From a phage, in sequence record PZ445526.1: a stretch of 64,000 bases of DNA; one strand, 5' to 3'. Shown piece by piece: positions 32,867-43,160 of this stretch. Every line of letters starts with the position of its first letter. The stretch's first letter is position 1. The notes under the pieces are model-generated. The model had not been told where the DNA came from and made no database searches. It was given only the letters and a program-made list of their open reading frames with translations. A program made the translations under genes and the position numbers.

Positions 32867-33145
32867 TCATTCGAAATAATCTTCAATTTCATAATCATGG
32901 ACATAAATCATTATAGTTTTTAATACATCATCAATACTTTTTCCTGGAGCTGGAATTACGTAAAAATATCCTGCTTTTGAGAGGTCTTTATAAGTTCCAA
33001 TCAAGAAATCATTATTCTCAAGATGTAGTTCTTCAACTAATTCATTAACAATTGAATGGTATAGGTTTGGTAGAAACTTATATAGCTTTTCTAGAATATC
33101 AATTTTGATTGTGTATTGAACCACGGACTGAGAATCAATAATCAT
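32867..33145 (-). CDS. arn: Arn anti-restriction (anti-McrBC) protein, 92 aa
   Basis: 92-aa acidic protein at the position of T4 arn between asiA and motA. Confidence 0.75.
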   Translation of the reverse strand: MIIDSQSVVQYTIKIDILEKLYKFLPNLYHSIVNELVEELHLENNDFLIGTYKDLSKAGYFYVIPAPGKSIDDVLKTIMIYVHDYEIEDYFE

Positions 33146-33228
33146 AGACCTTCCCCTTATGTTTCTGTTTGCGATTAGATTCTTTAAACGCTTTCTTCTT
33201 ATCTTTATGGACAGAAGCTTTATTAAAA

Positions 33229-33447
33229 TTATGTTTTGCGACTAAATTGTTCATAGTGCTGAATTACCTCTCTCAAACATTTGCATGTGAATGAAAACTT
33301 TTTAGCTACACCACATTCAAATATATGTTCTCTTAAATCGCGTGTATCGGTATATCCCATCTCAACAATAAAATGCCGTATTAGATTTTTATCTTTATCA
33401 TTGAGAGAATTAAAATAGTCAGATTTTGAATTAATTTCCCTGGCCAA
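33229..33447 (-). CDS. Hypothetical Cys-containing small protein; start uncertain
   Basis: Track ORF starts on TTG and overlaps the upstream gene; first in-frame ATG at 33360 would give 43 aa. Confidence 0.3.
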   Translation of the reverse strand: MAREINSKSDYFNSLNDKDKNLIRHFIVEMGYTDTRDLREHIFECGVAKKFSFTCKCLREVIQHYEQFSRKT

Positions 33448-33727
33448 ATTGAATCACCTTCAGTTGACGTTTTAACTCTTTTATCATTTCTTCGTTCATC
33501 GCAATATAAAGATCGCGTAAAGCAGGTTTTAGCATTCCATTTACCGGAGAACTAAATGGGCATACATAATCTTTTCCTACGAGCTTTTTAGTGAATTCCA
33601 TATTACAGAACTGAAATGCCGGTTCATTGGCATAAATTCCCCAATTAGTTGACATCATTTTATTGGCATATTCTAGTGCCTGGATTTGATTCATAATTCC
33701 ATCAATTTGAAACTTTTTAATATTCAT
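33431..33727 (-). CDS. Hypothetical protein, 98 aa
   Basis: ATG-initiated ORF. Confidence 0.55.
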   Translation of the reverse strand: MNIKKFQIDGIMNQIQALEYANKMMSTNWGIYANEPAFQFCNMEFTKKLVGKDYVCPFSSPVNGMLKPALRDLYIAMNEEMIKELKRQLKVIQFGQGN

Positions 33728-34188
33728 TAGTAAAGGTCCTCAGAGTAAAGTTCTTTTTCACTACCACCACGTTCAATACGTACTTGTCCAGCGTAAGTTG
33801 CAATAATCATTGCTTCTTCGCGAGTCCAATAATTACTATATTGGTCAATAAATCCTTGGTCATCATCACAAACTTGCTGAGTAACTAATTGAGGTTTAAC
33901 TACATCTAAAACTTCTGCCATATCTTTAGAATAATGACGAGCACCTGGAATAATAAGAGTTCGTCCATCTTTTAATTTAAAACGATTAGCTGCACAGACA
34001 ATTCGTCGTTGATACTTTTGGTTTTCATCCCAGTATGCAGGCTGCCAACAGATTTCAGGAACTTCTTTCAGAATATCTTCTTCTGCGCATTTATAACCGT
34101 GTGCTTTAAATTTTTGAACAAGACTTTCTGGAGTCTCACGAGATAAAGGAACATTCAGCATTTTTAAACGATTAATAAATGGATTCAT
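33727..34188 (-). CDS. Hypothetical protein, 153 aa
   Basis: ATG-initiated ORF. Confidence 0.6.
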   Translation of the reverse strand: MNPFINRLKMLNVPLSRETPESLVQKFKAHGYKCAEEDILKEVPEICWQPAYWDENQKYQRRIVCAANRFKLKDGRTLIIPGARHYSKDMAEVLDVVKPQLVTQQVCDDDQGFIDQYSNYWTREEAMIIATYAGQVRIERGGSEKELYSEDLY

Positions 34189-34514
34189 TTAAACCATCCT
34201 TTAATACGCTGCCACAAAGTTTTCTGTTGAGCTTTGTTAACACCAATTGAACGAATAACCGGTTGAGATTCCTGGAATTCTTTATAATCGGCAAGGTAAA
34301 TTTCGTAAGCTGCATCTGTAAAGGAACTTATCGCTGCCATGAAATTATTGCGAATACCTACTGGAGCATCTTTACTTTCACGAATAATCATGTATTTACC
34401 AGTCTTAATCTTTACAATAGTTCCAAGATAAGCTCCATGGTACCAAATATCCCAACCCTCTTGAGTAGGTTCTGCACAACGACGAAGTTCATTGACAATT
34501 TCTAACTTGTTCAT
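34185..34514 (-). CDS. Hypothetical protein, 109 aa
   Basis: ATG-initiated ORF. Confidence 0.6.
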   Translation of the reverse strand: MNKLEIVNELRRCAEPTQEGWDIWYHGAYLGTIVKIKTGKYMIIRESKDAPVGIRNNFMAAISSFTDAAYEIYLADYKEFQESQPVIRSIGVNKAQQKTLWQRIKGWFK

Positions 34515-34524
34515 TATTTATTCC

Positions 34525-35160
34525 TCATAGTTCAGATGCTACAGTGATTACAGCTTCAATGTTTTCTACTGAGCGTTTAATGTCAAGATACACATTACCG
34601 TTTTTAGCGATTTTACATGACATTCCGATGTCAGTAAATTTCTGAATATGATGTTCCATCATTTTGTATCCAAAAATTCGCATATTTCCATTGTTGTTAA
34701 TTTCAAAATTACGAATTCCGTGAGTGCGTTTTTCTAAAATAGCGAGATAGTTACTGCGATAAGTTTCAACCTTTTTAAGAACAAATCCATTTTCATCTAA
34801 AAGTTTTAACATGAAGTCTTTATCTTCTTCCATATCAGAAGTAATCTCACGAGCTTTACGAGTTGCTCGTTTTTTCAGCAGTTCCGGAGCATTTTCTTGT
34901 GCGTATAAAGTTGCTGCATTTGAAATAATATCCTGAGCTTCACCAGTAATGATTAATCCATCACCAGATTTCTCCACCAGGCCTTTTTTAATCAATACCC
35001 CAATATTACTATTAACTACTGCGTTACCTAAATCTGGATGCACCTCACGAACTTCTGCAGCTGTAATGAAATCTTTCTTAGCAATGGTAATTAAAATCGC
35101 AGCAGTTTTTTCATTCAGAACATCGTTAGAAGCTTTGATGATGTAAGTTACTTTAGACAT
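34525..35160 (-). CDS. motA: Middle-transcription activator MotA, 211 aa
   Basis: 211-aa product MSKVTYIIKASNDVLNEKTAAILITIAKKDF... recognised as T4 MotA. Confidence 0.92.
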   Translation of the reverse strand: MSKVTYIIKASNDVLNEKTAAILITIAKKDFITAAEVREVHPDLGNAVVNSNIGVLIKKGLVEKSGDGLIITGEAQDIISNAATLYAQENAPELLKKRATRKAREITSDMEEDKDFMLKLLDENGFVLKKVETYRSNYLAILEKRTHGIRNFEINNNGNMRIFGYKMMEHHIQKFTDIGMSCKIAKNGNVYLDIKRSVENIEAVITVASEL

Positions 35161-35195
35161 TTTCTAATCTCCGTAATTCTGTATCAGTAGTTGAT

Positions 35196-35235
35196 AGTTG
35201 TATAGTACCATAGAATGCTTTGGTTGTAAACAGTT
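35196..35235 (-). promoter_or_regulatory. Candidate early promoter for motA within a repeated module
   Basis: tgtaaac at 35226..35232 with gtatagtacc at 35200..35209. Confidence 0.45.
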
Positions 35236-35254
35236 TTGTGAAAAAATTTTTGAA

Positions 35255-35282
35255 ATAAAAAAGGGAGAGCCGAGGCTCTCCC
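35255..35282 (-). terminator. Rho-independent terminator
   Basis: gggagagc-cgag-gctctccc hairpin followed on the minus strand by a U-run (plus aaaaaaaa). Confidence 0.7.
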
Positions 35283-35287
35283 TAAAA

Positions 35288-35437
35288 TTACTGCATGACT
35301 GTGATAACTGTCATGATAACACGTTGAATTCCGAACGCAAGAAGACCTCCTGCTACGGCTGGAACAACACCTAAACCCGCCAGTAAAATGCTACCGGATA
35401 CTAATGCAGCGCTTGTAATACCTATGAATGGACTCAT
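35288..35437 (-). CDS. Small hydrophobic peptide, 49 aa
   Basis: ATG overlaps the gene 52 stop (ATGA); product MSPFIGITSAALVSGSILLAGLGVVPAVAGGLLAF... is membrane-like; below the track size cutoff. Confidence 0.45.
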   Translation of the reverse strand: MSPFIGITSAALVSGSILLAGLGVVPAVAGGLLAFGIQRVIMTVITVMQ

Positions 35438-36762
35438 TTGATTTCCTCTAAATCTTTGGTGTATTCTGTAACTACATCAGTAGTTTTCCAATATTCGTTT
35501 TCTTCTTTTTTAGCTTTAGCTTCTTCGGCAAGTTTCTTTGCTTCATCAGAAGTCATGTGAAAAATATTCATTCCAACTAGTTTATCAACATAAGAAGAAT
35601 ACATATCGATTTTCGAAAGTTCTTCGGTCAGTTCTTTACGAGTTTTACCCTGCACAATGATTTCACCTGAAATTACTTTCTTAATGAAATGTGCCTTGGC
35701 AAAGGCTAAACGAAAAGCTGATTCAGTTTCTTTAATTTTGTTATCAATTCGTTTTTGAACATAAGTTTTACGAACTTCAACAAAGTCTTTAATTAAATCA
35801 ACTACGTTATCGTAAACTTGTAGTTTTCCTTTCTCATTAATAACCGTAATATTCTGAGAACGACGCTCAATCAACCCGAAGTCTTTCATAATTTTTGCAT
35901 GGCGTTCTTCTTCGTTATCGCTCAAAGAATATTCTTTGCGGAATTTAACTTTGAATCCAAAACCGTGCTCACCACAAGCATCATCCCATGTAATGAAGCC
36001 TTTATCTTCAAGTGGGTCTAAGATTTTACTCACATAAGTTTCACGATCATACTTATACGGAATCTCAGTGATATTCATTTGAGTTCGTGAAGTAAACTTG
36101 TACGTTCCACGAATTTCATATTGACCGTCAATCTCAACGACTTCACCACGAAATTCTGGGAATTCTACCTTCGGTTTAGTTACTTTCTTTCCTTGAAGAG
36201 CTTGCAGTACAGCTTTCTTGACAGAAGAAACACTATGAGGAAGAATGTAAGTTGCATAACCAGTTGCAATACCGGAAACGCCATTAAGAAGAACAGTAGG
36301 AATAATAGGCAAATAGAAAGCAGGCGGAATGTGTTCTTTATCTTGATGTACCGGAGCATATTCAGTATCTTTATATACGTTATAGAAATTTTTACTTACA
36401 CGAGCAAAAATATAACGACTTGCCGCTGCTTTTTGAACGGTACGAGAACCGAAGTTTCCTTGACCATCTAACAGAGGAAAGTTATTATTCCAAGTGTTAG
36501 CCATCAAAGCTCCCGCATCTTGCGCAGAGTTTTCGCCATGGTGATATCCAAGGTCCGCTACACCACCTGCGATAGAAGCTAGCTTATGAAACTTATCTTT
36601 ATTTCCTCGTGCCAAATCAAGAGCTCGAGCAATAACAAATCGTTGAACTGGCTTAAATCCATCAATCATATTTGGGATAGCACGATTTTCAACCGTGTAC
36701 ATAGCATAAGCCAATGCTTCATTATCAATGATACTTTTTAAATCGCGATTATTCAGTTGCAT
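35434..36762 (-). CDS. 52: Topoisomerase II medium subunit gp52, 442 aa
   Basis: GyrA-like breakage-reunion domain; recognised as T4 gp52. Confidence 0.93.
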   Translation of the reverse strand: MQLNNRDLKSIIDNEALAYAMYTVENRAIPNMIDGFKPVQRFVIARALDLARGNKDKFHKLASIAGGVADLGYHHGENSAQDAGALMANTWNNNFPLLDGQGNFGSRTVQKAAASRYIFARVSKNFYNVYKDTEYAPVHQDKEHIPPAFYLPIIPTVLLNGVSGIATGYATYILPHSVSSVKKAVLQALQGKKVTKPKVEFPEFRGEVVEIDGQYEIRGTYKFTSRTQMNITEIPYKYDRETYVSKILDPLEDKGFITWDDACGEHGFGFKVKFRKEYSLSDNEEERHAKIMKDFGLIERRSQNITVINEKGKLQVYDNVVDLIKDFVEVRKTYVQKRIDNKIKETESAFRLAFAKAHFIKKVISGEIIVQGKTRKELTEELSKIDMYSSYVDKLVGMNIFHMTSDEAKKLAEEAKAKKEENEYWKTTDVVTEYTKDLEEIK

Positions 36763-36766
36763 AAAT

Positions 36767-36907
36767 TTACCATACTAGTGAATGTAGTGCCATAATAACA
36801 TCAGAAATGAAAAGCACGACTTGAATTAATCCGAACATTACTCCATAATATAGTGCTACTAATAAAGTAGCAAGGGCTAATGAATAGCCCAAGATTTTCT
36901 TAATCAT
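36767..36907 (-). CDS. Small hydrophobic peptide, 46 aa
   Basis: Hand-translated MIKKILGYSLALATLLVALYYGVMFGLIQVVLFISDVIMALHSLVW; start overlaps the next gene's stop. Confidence 0.45.
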   Translation of the reverse strand: MIKKILGYSLALATLLVALYYGVMFGLIQVVLFISDVIMALHSLVW

Positions 36908-37058
36908 TAGTAGATAACAACACAAATGTTAAATATGCACACATACCCTGAGCTAAAGCTTGCGAAAACACACTGCTGGCATCAATACAGATAGTTAAAA
37001 CACATGCTACTATCCAACAAATAAATGAAATAACTCCTAATAATTTTGCAATATTCAT
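36900..37058 (-). CDS. ac: Small membrane protein, 52 aa, candidate ac (acridine sensitivity)
   Basis: Hand-translated MNIAKLLGVISFICWIVACVLTICIDASSVFSQALAQGMCAYLTFVLLSTND; GAGGAAAAT SD; adjacent to stp as in T4. Confidence 0.5.
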   Translation of the reverse strand: MNIAKLLGVISFICWIVACVLTICIDASSVFSQALAQGMCAYLTFVLLSTND

Positions 37059-37065
37059 ATTTTCC

Positions 37066-37146
37066 TCACTGGCGTCCGAAGACGCCTTTAGTTTTAAGAT
37101 TATTACGATAGAACTGCATCACGTGTTCGTTGTGGAAATTACTCAT
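37066..37146 (-). CDS. stp: Stp peptide, 26 aa
   Basis: Hand-translated [26 protein letters not shown], matching T4 Stp as I recall it; ATG overlaps the ndd stop; not in the ORF track. Confidence 0.85.
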
Positions 37147-37604
37147 TAATATGCCTGCAAAACGAATTTAAAATTATCAGCCAACATACGGTTCATTTCT
37201 TCAAGTGTTTGATACTCAGAATGATGATTACGAGTAAACGCTAAAGCTAACTGTCCTTTTCCAAATCCCGTCGTCAGAGGTTTCATCTTAGAAGCAGGCA
37301 GATAAAATACTGTGTATGGAACATTGTTATTTGCAATAGTACGTGCAAGCTGAGACCGACGTTGACGAATATGACTTAGAACTGCACTGAATCCTTGCTT
37401 AGAACGCTGATTACCTACATAAAATCGTGCTGACACACATGGATTACTAAATGGACGACCATCTAATTTACTTACTAAAAAGTAAAATCCAGGTTTAGAT
37501 AAAATATCTTTATGCGGAGTTCCCAAAAACCATTCACCGCCCTTGATTGTACCAATAACAGTTGCGCCTGCATTGTTCAGATCAGTAACAGTCATGTATT
37601 TCAT
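37146..37604 (-). CDS. ndd: Nucleoid disruption protein Ndd, 152 aa
   Basis: Recognised as T4 Ndd starting [13 protein letters not shown]; ATG at 37604 preceded by GAGGAAA (track ORF begins 18 codons earlier). Confidence 0.85.
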
Positions 37605-37636
37605 ATTAATTTCCTCTAAATTATTTTCTACTCCAA

Positions 37637-37656
37637 GGCCGCATGAATACGCGGCC
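37637..37656 (-). other. Intercistronic stem-loop upstream of ndd
   Basis: ggccgc-atgaatac-gcggcc inverted repeat between the upstream stop at 37663 and the ndd SD. Confidence 0.4.
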
Positions 37657-37662
37657 ATTAAA

Positions 37663-37878
37663 TTAATCGTCGCAGTCGACGCTCAATTCCCAAAACTCTT
37701 CTACGGTATAAGTTTCAGTATCATTTTCAATACAGAAACGTTCATTACTGTTATTTGCTAAAGTAGCATTAACTGTCGGTTTCTCGCTAGTGCTCTTAAG
37801 AGGTGAAATACGAATTAACTGATCACCGTTATCTAAACAGAAAATTTCACCAACTTTTACATCTTTAAAACTTTTCAT
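37663..37878 (-). CDS. Hypothetical protein, 71 aa
   Basis: ATG-initiated ORF. Confidence 0.55.
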   Translation of the reverse strand: MKSFKDVKVGEIFCLDNGDQLIRISPLKSTSEKPTVNATLANNSNERFCIENDTETYTVEEFWELSVDCDD

Positions 37879-37993
37879 AATTCACCTCAAGGAGTATAAA
37901 ATCCAAATGCAGTTGTTGACCATCCCATCCAATACGGAAAATTTGCACCAATGTAAAACATGAGAATATAAAACCAACCGCTCAGCAAATTCA

Positions 37994-38191
37994 TCATTTT
38001 ACACCATTCCAAATTGTTTCAATCACGGATTTTAAACCATTTTGATGAATATCAATTCCGACAACTGCCATCAAATAGATTCCAACTACAACTGAACCCA
38101 AGGCGAAAATCAGCATGAAAATGAATAAAGCCGGAAAAATATTATCGAAAAACCATTCAATAAATGTAAAAGCACTACGTTTACGCTTCAT
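37994..38191 (-). CDS. Small membrane protein, about 65 aa
   Basis: Track start is TTG at 38212; ATG at 38191 preceded by GAGGAAAAT; hydrophobic core FPALFIFMLIFALGSVVVGIYLMAVV. Confidence 0.5.
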   Translation of the reverse strand: MKRKRSAFTFIEWFFDNIFPALFIFMLIFALGSVVVGIYLMAVVGIDIHQNGLKSVIETIWNGVK

Positions 38192-38198
38192 ATTTTCC

Positions 38199-38312
38199 TC
38201 ACATAAATCCAAAATAAGCGTTTAATACATCAATCATTAAAACGATTGGGAATATACTCAAAACTATTAGTATTATAACTACATTCCATATAGCTTTAAC
38301 AATCTTTTTCAT
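38199..38312 (-). CDS. Small membrane peptide, 37 aa
   Basis: ATG at 38312 preceded by GGAGGAA; product MKKIVKAIWNVVIILIVLSIFPIVLMIDVLNAYFGFM. Confidence 0.4.
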   Translation of the reverse strand: MKKIVKAIWNVVIILIVLSIFPIVLMIDVLNAYFGFM

Positions 38313-38324
38313 TTTCTGTTCCTC

Positions 38325-38375
38325 CGTAGTTGATAGGGTAATAATACCACAGAGGAACAGTCTTGTAAACAACTT
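38325..38375 (-). promoter_or_regulatory. Candidate early promoter
   Basis: tgtaaac at 38364..38370 with gttgatagggtaataatacc block. Confidence 0.4.
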
Positions 38376-38554
38376 TTTAAAAATATTCGTAATAAATGTG
38401 AATACCAATCACCACTGCCGAAACTTGTGCAACCCACCACGCACAAGCAATAAGTACAGAATTAAAAATTTTCATAATAACCTCATCACAAAAGTAAATG
38501 TTAAACAAATTAATGGAATACTAATTAACCAAACAAAACACCACCATAATGAAC

Positions 38555-38818
38555 TCATAGCTCAATCTCAGCGATTTTCATTTCATTACTATTAATAGCC
38601 GCTTTAAGACTATCTGAAAGAATTACATTCCAGTGGTCATTCATATGACCATTAACTAAGCGTGTAATTTCTTCAGGAGTTGAAAAATAAGGCTGATCAG
38701 ACTCCCAATGCGATAATCCTAAGCGAGTATAAATCATGCCTTCATCATCGCTAGAATATTCAACTGACACAAACTCATCAGTTATTTTATGCTTAGCATA
38801 ATAAAATTTAAATTTCAT
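38555..38818 (-). CDS. Hypothetical protein, 87 aa
   Basis: ATG at 38818 preceded by GGAGAG; the longer track start lacks an SD and sits in the promoter. Confidence 0.55.
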   Translation of the reverse strand: MKFKFYYAKHKITDEFVSVEYSSDDEGMIYTRLGLSHWESDQPYFSTPEEITRLVNGHMNDHWNVILSDSLKAAINSNEMKIAEIEL

Positions 38819-38844
38819 TTTACTCTCCAAATCCATATCAGTTG

Positions 38845-38885
38845 ATAGTTGTATAGTACCACGGTCCTTGTGGTATGTAAACTGT
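38845..38885 (-). promoter_or_regulatory. Candidate early promoter
   Basis: tgtaaac at 38877..38883 with gtatagtacc at 38851..38860. Confidence 0.4.
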
Positions 38886-38897
38886 TTTGTGAAATTT

Positions 38898-39455
38898 TTA
38901 AATGGAAAGATACCATCCGTTGTAGTTGCTTTTTCTTACAACTTTACGAAGGTCTTCTCTGTCACCGATGAACTTCGGAGTGTACTGGATGACACCTGGA
39001 TGAATTTCTTTAGTGTTGAATATAATTATACAGTCAGCGACTTGATGATTTAGAATGGGCCCTAGATTTATTCCAGAACCGTATGGATACTCTCCGCTGC
39101 ATCCTGTTGTTACAGAAATCCAACGTGAGTCAGTTTGGTGTGTCTTAACTTCTACACGAAGCCCGCAGTATCTTGGATGCGCCAATACATCCCATGCGTA
39201 TGTATACGGGTCATTAACATCCTCTTGGCCTTTATTGACATATCCGCTTAGCCAATCTGCTACAAAAAATTCTGCGTACACAGCGATACGACATCTTTCG
39301 ATAACTTCTGCCTTATCCTGATTTGGGTTTTGTTTTAAAGAGTATCTTGCTGTATCAGCAATTTTGACCTTCATTTCACTAGTCAAGTCACTGTTCGATA
39401 GGGTAAATGTCGGAATCTGAAATAGTCTCTGTAAACCCGGATTCGTTTTCTGCAT
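38898..39455 (-). CDS. denB: Endonuclease IV (DenB), 185 aa
   Basis: 185-aa product recognised as T4 DenB; position downstream of rIIB. Confidence 0.88.
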   Translation of the reverse strand: MQKTNPGLQRLFQIPTFTLSNSDLTSEMKVKIADTARYSLKQNPNQDKAEVIERCRIAVYAEFFVADWLSGYVNKGQEDVNDPYTYAWDVLAHPRYCGLRVEVKTHQTDSRWISVTTGCSGEYPYGSGINLGPILNHQVADCIIIFNTKEIHPGVIQYTPKFIGDREDLRKVVRKSNYNGWYLSI

Positions 39456-39523
39456 TTAGACTTTCCTTTATGTCGGAATCACTGATATTCATATAATAAA
39501 TCATAATTTCTCTTAAAACAAAA

Positions 39524-39535
39524 GGGCCGAAGCCC
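39524..39535 (-). other. GC-rich stem-loop (GGGC-UUCG-GCCC)
   Basis: gggccgaagccc inverted repeat directly after the stop at 39540. Confidence 0.5.
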
Positions 39536-39539
39536 TTAT

Positions 39540-39734
39540 TTATTTGAATTGTGCAATTCTTTTCTCTAGACATTCAGCATAAGATTTCATTGAGATGAAC
39601 TGTGAAAGCAGCAGTTCTTGCTCAACTGCACTAACCGTTAGAAACTTTGTGCTTTCTAAAAATTTGCTCAGTGCATTAATTTTGAGCATTAATTGATCGT
39701 ATTCTTCTTTTACTCGTGCTTGATAACCTAACAT
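39540..39734 (-). CDS. Hypothetical protein, 64 aa
   Basis: ATG at 39734 preceded by TAAGGAAAA; lies between rIIB and denB. Confidence 0.5.
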   Translation of the reverse strand: MLGYQARVKEEYDQLMLKINALSKFLESTKFLTVSAVEQELLLSQFISMKSYAECLEKRIAQFK

Positions 39735-39750
39735 AATTTTCCTTAGTTAA

Positions 39751-39762
39751 GGGCCGAAGCCC
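39751..39762 (-). other. GC-rich stem-loop directly after the rIIB stop
   Basis: Same 12-mer gggccgaagccc as at 39524..39535. Confidence 0.5.
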
Positions 39763-40701
39763 TTATTTAAATTGTTCAGTAACGTCTTCAACTACTTCGT
39801 ATTGGCAGGTACGCATTTTAGCATCGTTGTAATCAATCGGAATTGATACTACATCACGCGGATGTACTTTAACTTTTACAACTCGGCTAGTTGAACTGCC
39901 AAAGTGACGAATATAAGATTTAGAACACACATGTAGACCACGAGAACAAGTTTGTGTATCATCGTCATTCACACGAGTACGCGGCATTTTAACTACTTTA
40001 CCAGGACTGTTATCAAAGGTATTTGAGTGACAGTCAAAGTAATTACTACGAACTACTTTCCAAGCATAGAAGTAACCATCTTCTGTAATTTCAATATCGT
40101 TTGCTACCAAGAAATCAAAAAGTCGAGATACCGCTTTCTGGCTTGGGTTTTCCAGCAGATTTTCCAAGAACGGAAAATAAAATTCAAAGTTTTCGCCTTT
40201 TTCCATCGAATCAAGAATACGATCAACCAAACCAGACCGCAATTCAATATTTTGATAGAATAAGCTTCCACCTTCAATTCGAACATCGCCGGAAATATAT
40301 TTTTCAACAGCGCGACGAACATTAATTTTTTGTGCCGCTTCTTCTAACTTATCTGCTACGAGCAGATTAAGAATTTCCTGGAAGTTTGAATGAGTATTAG
40401 GAGTTGCGTTATAAGTTACACCGTCAACAGTAATTGAAATGAATTTTTTAGAAGCATTCCAAATAATATCAGATTTAGCAGCTGGAGCAATAACTGCATC
40501 GCTATTAACTTTAACTGTAATATCACCGCTAATAGTAACTGTAGAGCGTTCTGCTTCTTCAGCATTTTTCAAAACACGACGGATTGTGTCAACCGATACA
40601 CCTTGCCAATCAGCCAATTCCTGCTGAGTGTAATTACCACTTGAATACAGTTTAACAATTTCAGCTTGTTCGTTTTTGGTCAGGCATTTAATATTGTACA
40701 T
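39763..40701 (-). CDS. rIIB: rIIB protein, 312 aa
   Basis: 312-aa product recognised as T4 rIIB; follows rIIA. Confidence 0.93.
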   Translation of the reverse strand: MYNIKCLTKNEQAEIVKLYSSGNYTQQELADWQGVSVDTIRRVLKNAEEAERSTVTISGDITVKVNSDAVIAPAAKSDIIWNASKKFISITVDGVTYNATPNTHSNFQEILNLLVADKLEEAAQKINVRRAVEKYISGDVRIEGGSLFYQNIELRSGLVDRILDSMEKGENFEFYFPFLENLLENPSQKAVSRLFDFLVANDIEITEDGYFYAWKVVRSNYFDCHSNTFDNSPGKVVKMPRTRVNDDDTQTCSRGLHVCSKSYIRHFGSSTSRVVKVKVHPRDVVSIPIDYNDAKMRTCQYEVVEDVTEQFK

Positions 40702-40712
40702 AATTTTCCTTA

Positions 40713-42890
40713 TTAGGCCGCAAGGGCCTTCATAGTTTTAGCGATTTGGGAAACTTCATCATCACTTAAAGAGTTGCGATAACCGATGAAGTCGGAAACA
40801 ATGCGGAATTTCTTGGTAAACTCAGCAACCATTTTATCACTGTTTTTTGAAGCATTATTTGATAATACATCAAAAAGATTAGTTACTGTCCAGATGTCAT
40901 GACCGATGGTATCTTTTCCACCATTAAAATATACACCCTGTAATGAACTAACCATATTAGCAAGTCGTGTATATTCTTCAGAAACTTCATCTACACTGAA
41001 GTACTTCATCATAAAATCTAATTCAGGATACTTGATAATTTTATCAATATATCGTTTAGCTGAACTTGAATAACCTACATACTTATCATAATCTACATCA
41101 TCAAAAGCATCTACATATAAATCACGCAAAGCTTCAAAAATACATTGGCACTGACCGAGTTCTTTTACCTTTTTCTGTAAAAGCGGACGAATAACATAAA
41201 ATTCATTAATGCCAATAAGATTAGCCATACGAATCAAAATATTCATAGATGGATTACAAAGAGATGTAGTACCATCCATAGAGAAAATATCAGAACGATG
41301 CATATACGCTACATAACCAGTAATTTCATCTGCTTCTGACGTAAGTGTAAATAGTTCCTCTTTTTCCCAGCGCCCGTCTTTAATTTCAAACTTAAATGCT
41401 GTAGCAGCTTTAGGACGAGGAGCTTTACTTTTAACTACCTTTGGAATATAGTTTTTAACTAAAGCTTCAATTTCTGACAAATAATGAATGTTAACTTCAT
41501 CACTTTCAAACATCGCCATAATATCAGGAAGCAAATCAATCTGCGATTCTACTTCTGGATTAATAAACAGAAGGCGTTCGTTGTGATGAATATTCAAAGT
41601 GTTATTAAATTCACTATCATCTAACGCACGTGCTAATCCACGGACAATATTAACACGATTTTTAATATTATCAATAACAATATTAATTTTTGTTGTATTA
41701 ATACCAAACAGACGATAACTTGATGCAACGGCTGAAGTTTCATGACTTTGCTTAATGCGCTTCAGTCGAGGGTCAAGATTTACTTCATACACAACTCCTG
41801 CATTACATAACTTACTATCAGGTTCAAACATGCTCTGCATCTTCTTATATGACAGATTTTTAGTCGTGAATTTGACTGAATTACTAATCATATAATCTCG
41901 AGCAGAATACCCCATCTTCATTAATTCGCGATATGTATGACGAGGAGATGTAGATTCTTTAAATCGTTTTACATCTTCATTAAATGCTTTCTCACTGAGT
42001 TCTTTAACTCGTTCAATAATATTTTTACGAGTACGATCATCCAATGAAAGAGCCTCACGAGATGGAGCAATATCAAGTGAACCCATTGGAAACTTAATGT
42101 AATTCACTTCATTACGGATGCTTAGCCAGTTACGGTCTCTAATAACACCATCGATAGGATAAACAATACCGCCATAGATAGCATATAATCCACCGCGATC
42201 AGGCCAGTATCTTTCTGGATTTACGCCGTAATAATCATCAAAATCCGGAAAATAGTCAATTTCACGGTCAAGGCCATTAATGATAGCCAAATCTTTGAAC
42301 GGTCGCATGATATAAGAAACTTCATAAGCAAAGTTTCTAAAGTCTTTTTCTTCAACTGGAACTACGATTTCAATACCAGTTTTATCATCTGGACCCATTT
42401 CTTTTACGAATGTAGGTTTAATCTGTGGGCCATCACCATCCATGTAAGCTACATAACCACGAATTTCACCTTTATGGTATGAAGTAATACTAAACGTATC
42501 AGTATAACTAAACGGAGATTTAGAACCTAAACCAAATCCACCAATAAAATCATTAGATTCAGCTTTAGATGAACTGAAGTATGAATTATACAGCCCAGGA
42601 GAATTATCATCACCCTGAATATCAAAATCACTCATACCCGGACCAAAATCTCGACAAACAAATCGCGGATCTAATCGTCCTGGAACTTGAATGATAAATT
42701 TTTCAGGATTTCCATTGAGAGCATGGGCATCAATCATGTTGGTAATCAATTCACGGACTACTGCGCGAATCTTGTTTGTATACAAATCAGATGACAGAAT
42801 TTTAAATACTTTAGGAGATGCTGTGATGCTAAATGCTTTTGATTTAGAACCATTACCAAGAATTGTTTCTTTTTCAGTGGTGATAATCAT
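40713..42890 (-). CDS. rIIA: rIIA protein, 725 aa
   Basis: 725-aa product recognised as T4 rIIA; GC hairpin spans its last codons. Confidence 0.95.
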   Translation of the reverse strand: MIITTEKETILGNGSKSKAFSITASPKVFKILSSDLYTNKIRAVVRELITNMIDAHALNGNPEKFIIQVPGRLDPRFVCRDFGPGMSDFDIQGDDNSPGLYNSYFSSSKAESNDFIGGFGLGSKSPFSYTDTFSITSYHKGEIRGYVAYMDGDGPQIKPTFVKEMGPDDKTGIEIVVPVEEKDFRNFAYEVSYIMRPFKDLAIINGLDREIDYFPDFDDYYGVNPERYWPDRGGLYAIYGGIVYPIDGVIRDRNWLSIRNEVNYIKFPMGSLDIAPSREALSLDDRTRKNIIERVKELSEKAFNEDVKRFKESTSPRHTYRELMKMGYSARDYMISNSVKFTTKNLSYKKMQSMFEPDSKLCNAGVVYEVNLDPRLKRIKQSHETSAVASSYRLFGINTTKINIVIDNIKNRVNIVRGLARALDDSEFNNTLNIHHNERLLFINPEVESQIDLLPDIMAMFESDEVNIHYLSEIEALVKNYIPKVVKSKAPRPKAATAFKFEIKDGRWEKEELFTLTSEADEITGYVAYMHRSDIFSMDGTTSLCNPSMNILIRMANLIGINEFYVIRPLLQKKVKELGQCQCIFEALRDLYVDAFDDVDYDKYVGYSSSAKRYIDKIIKYPELDFMMKYFSVDEVSEEYTRLANMVSSLQGVYFNGGKDTIGHDIWTVTNLFDVLSNNASKNSDKMVAEFTKKFRIVSDFIGYRNSLSDDEVSQIAKTMKALAA

Positions 42891-42900
42891 AATTTCCTCA

Positions 42901-43104
42901 TTAATTCATATTACGCTTAATAACTTCAGCAACTTCTAGTAATTCATCTTTAGTTGCGGTGTCGGATTGAATTTTATCTCTAATATCCTTAAAGCGGTTT
43001 TTAAATTCTTCGGCTTCTCCCATATCGAAAAAGCGTTGAATGATTCTATATTCTCGATGAACTGCTTTATCAAAAAGTTCTAAATTTACTCTATATGATT
43101 TCAT
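42901..43104 (-). CDS. Hypothetical protein, 67 aa (rIIA.1-like position)
   Basis: ATG-initiated ORF between 39 and rIIA. Confidence 0.55.
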   Translation of the reverse strand: MKSYRVNLELFDKAVHREYRIIQRFFDMGEAEEFKNRFKDIRDKIQSDTATKDELLEVAEVIKRNMN

Positions 43105-43127
43105 TTCAATATCCTCATTTGCCCAAT

Positions 43128-43160
43128 TAATTATACCACATCCTTGTGGTAAAGTAAACT
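43128..43160 (-). promoter_or_regulatory. Candidate early promoter with extended -10 (TGGTATAAT)
   Basis: Minus strand GTTTAC (plus gtaaac 43154..43159) then TGTGGTATAAT; overlaps the gene 39 stop. Confidence 0.45.

Noticed and set aside
32718-32870. 50-codon minus-strand ORF between arn and asiA
   Set aside because: It overlaps the candidate asiA promoter and the arn stop, and its start has no evident SD; could be real but evidence is insufficient.
33149-33251. 39-codon basic ORF overlapping the arn start in another frame
   Set aside because: No SD, heavy overlap with two neighbouring ORFs, and low-complexity Lys-rich content; likely a frame artefact.
39388-39573. 61-aa minus-strand ORF from the track
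   Set aside because: It begins inside the 3' end of the 39540..39734 ORF, contains the intercistronic hairpin at 39524..39535, and would overlap the denB start by about 68 nt.
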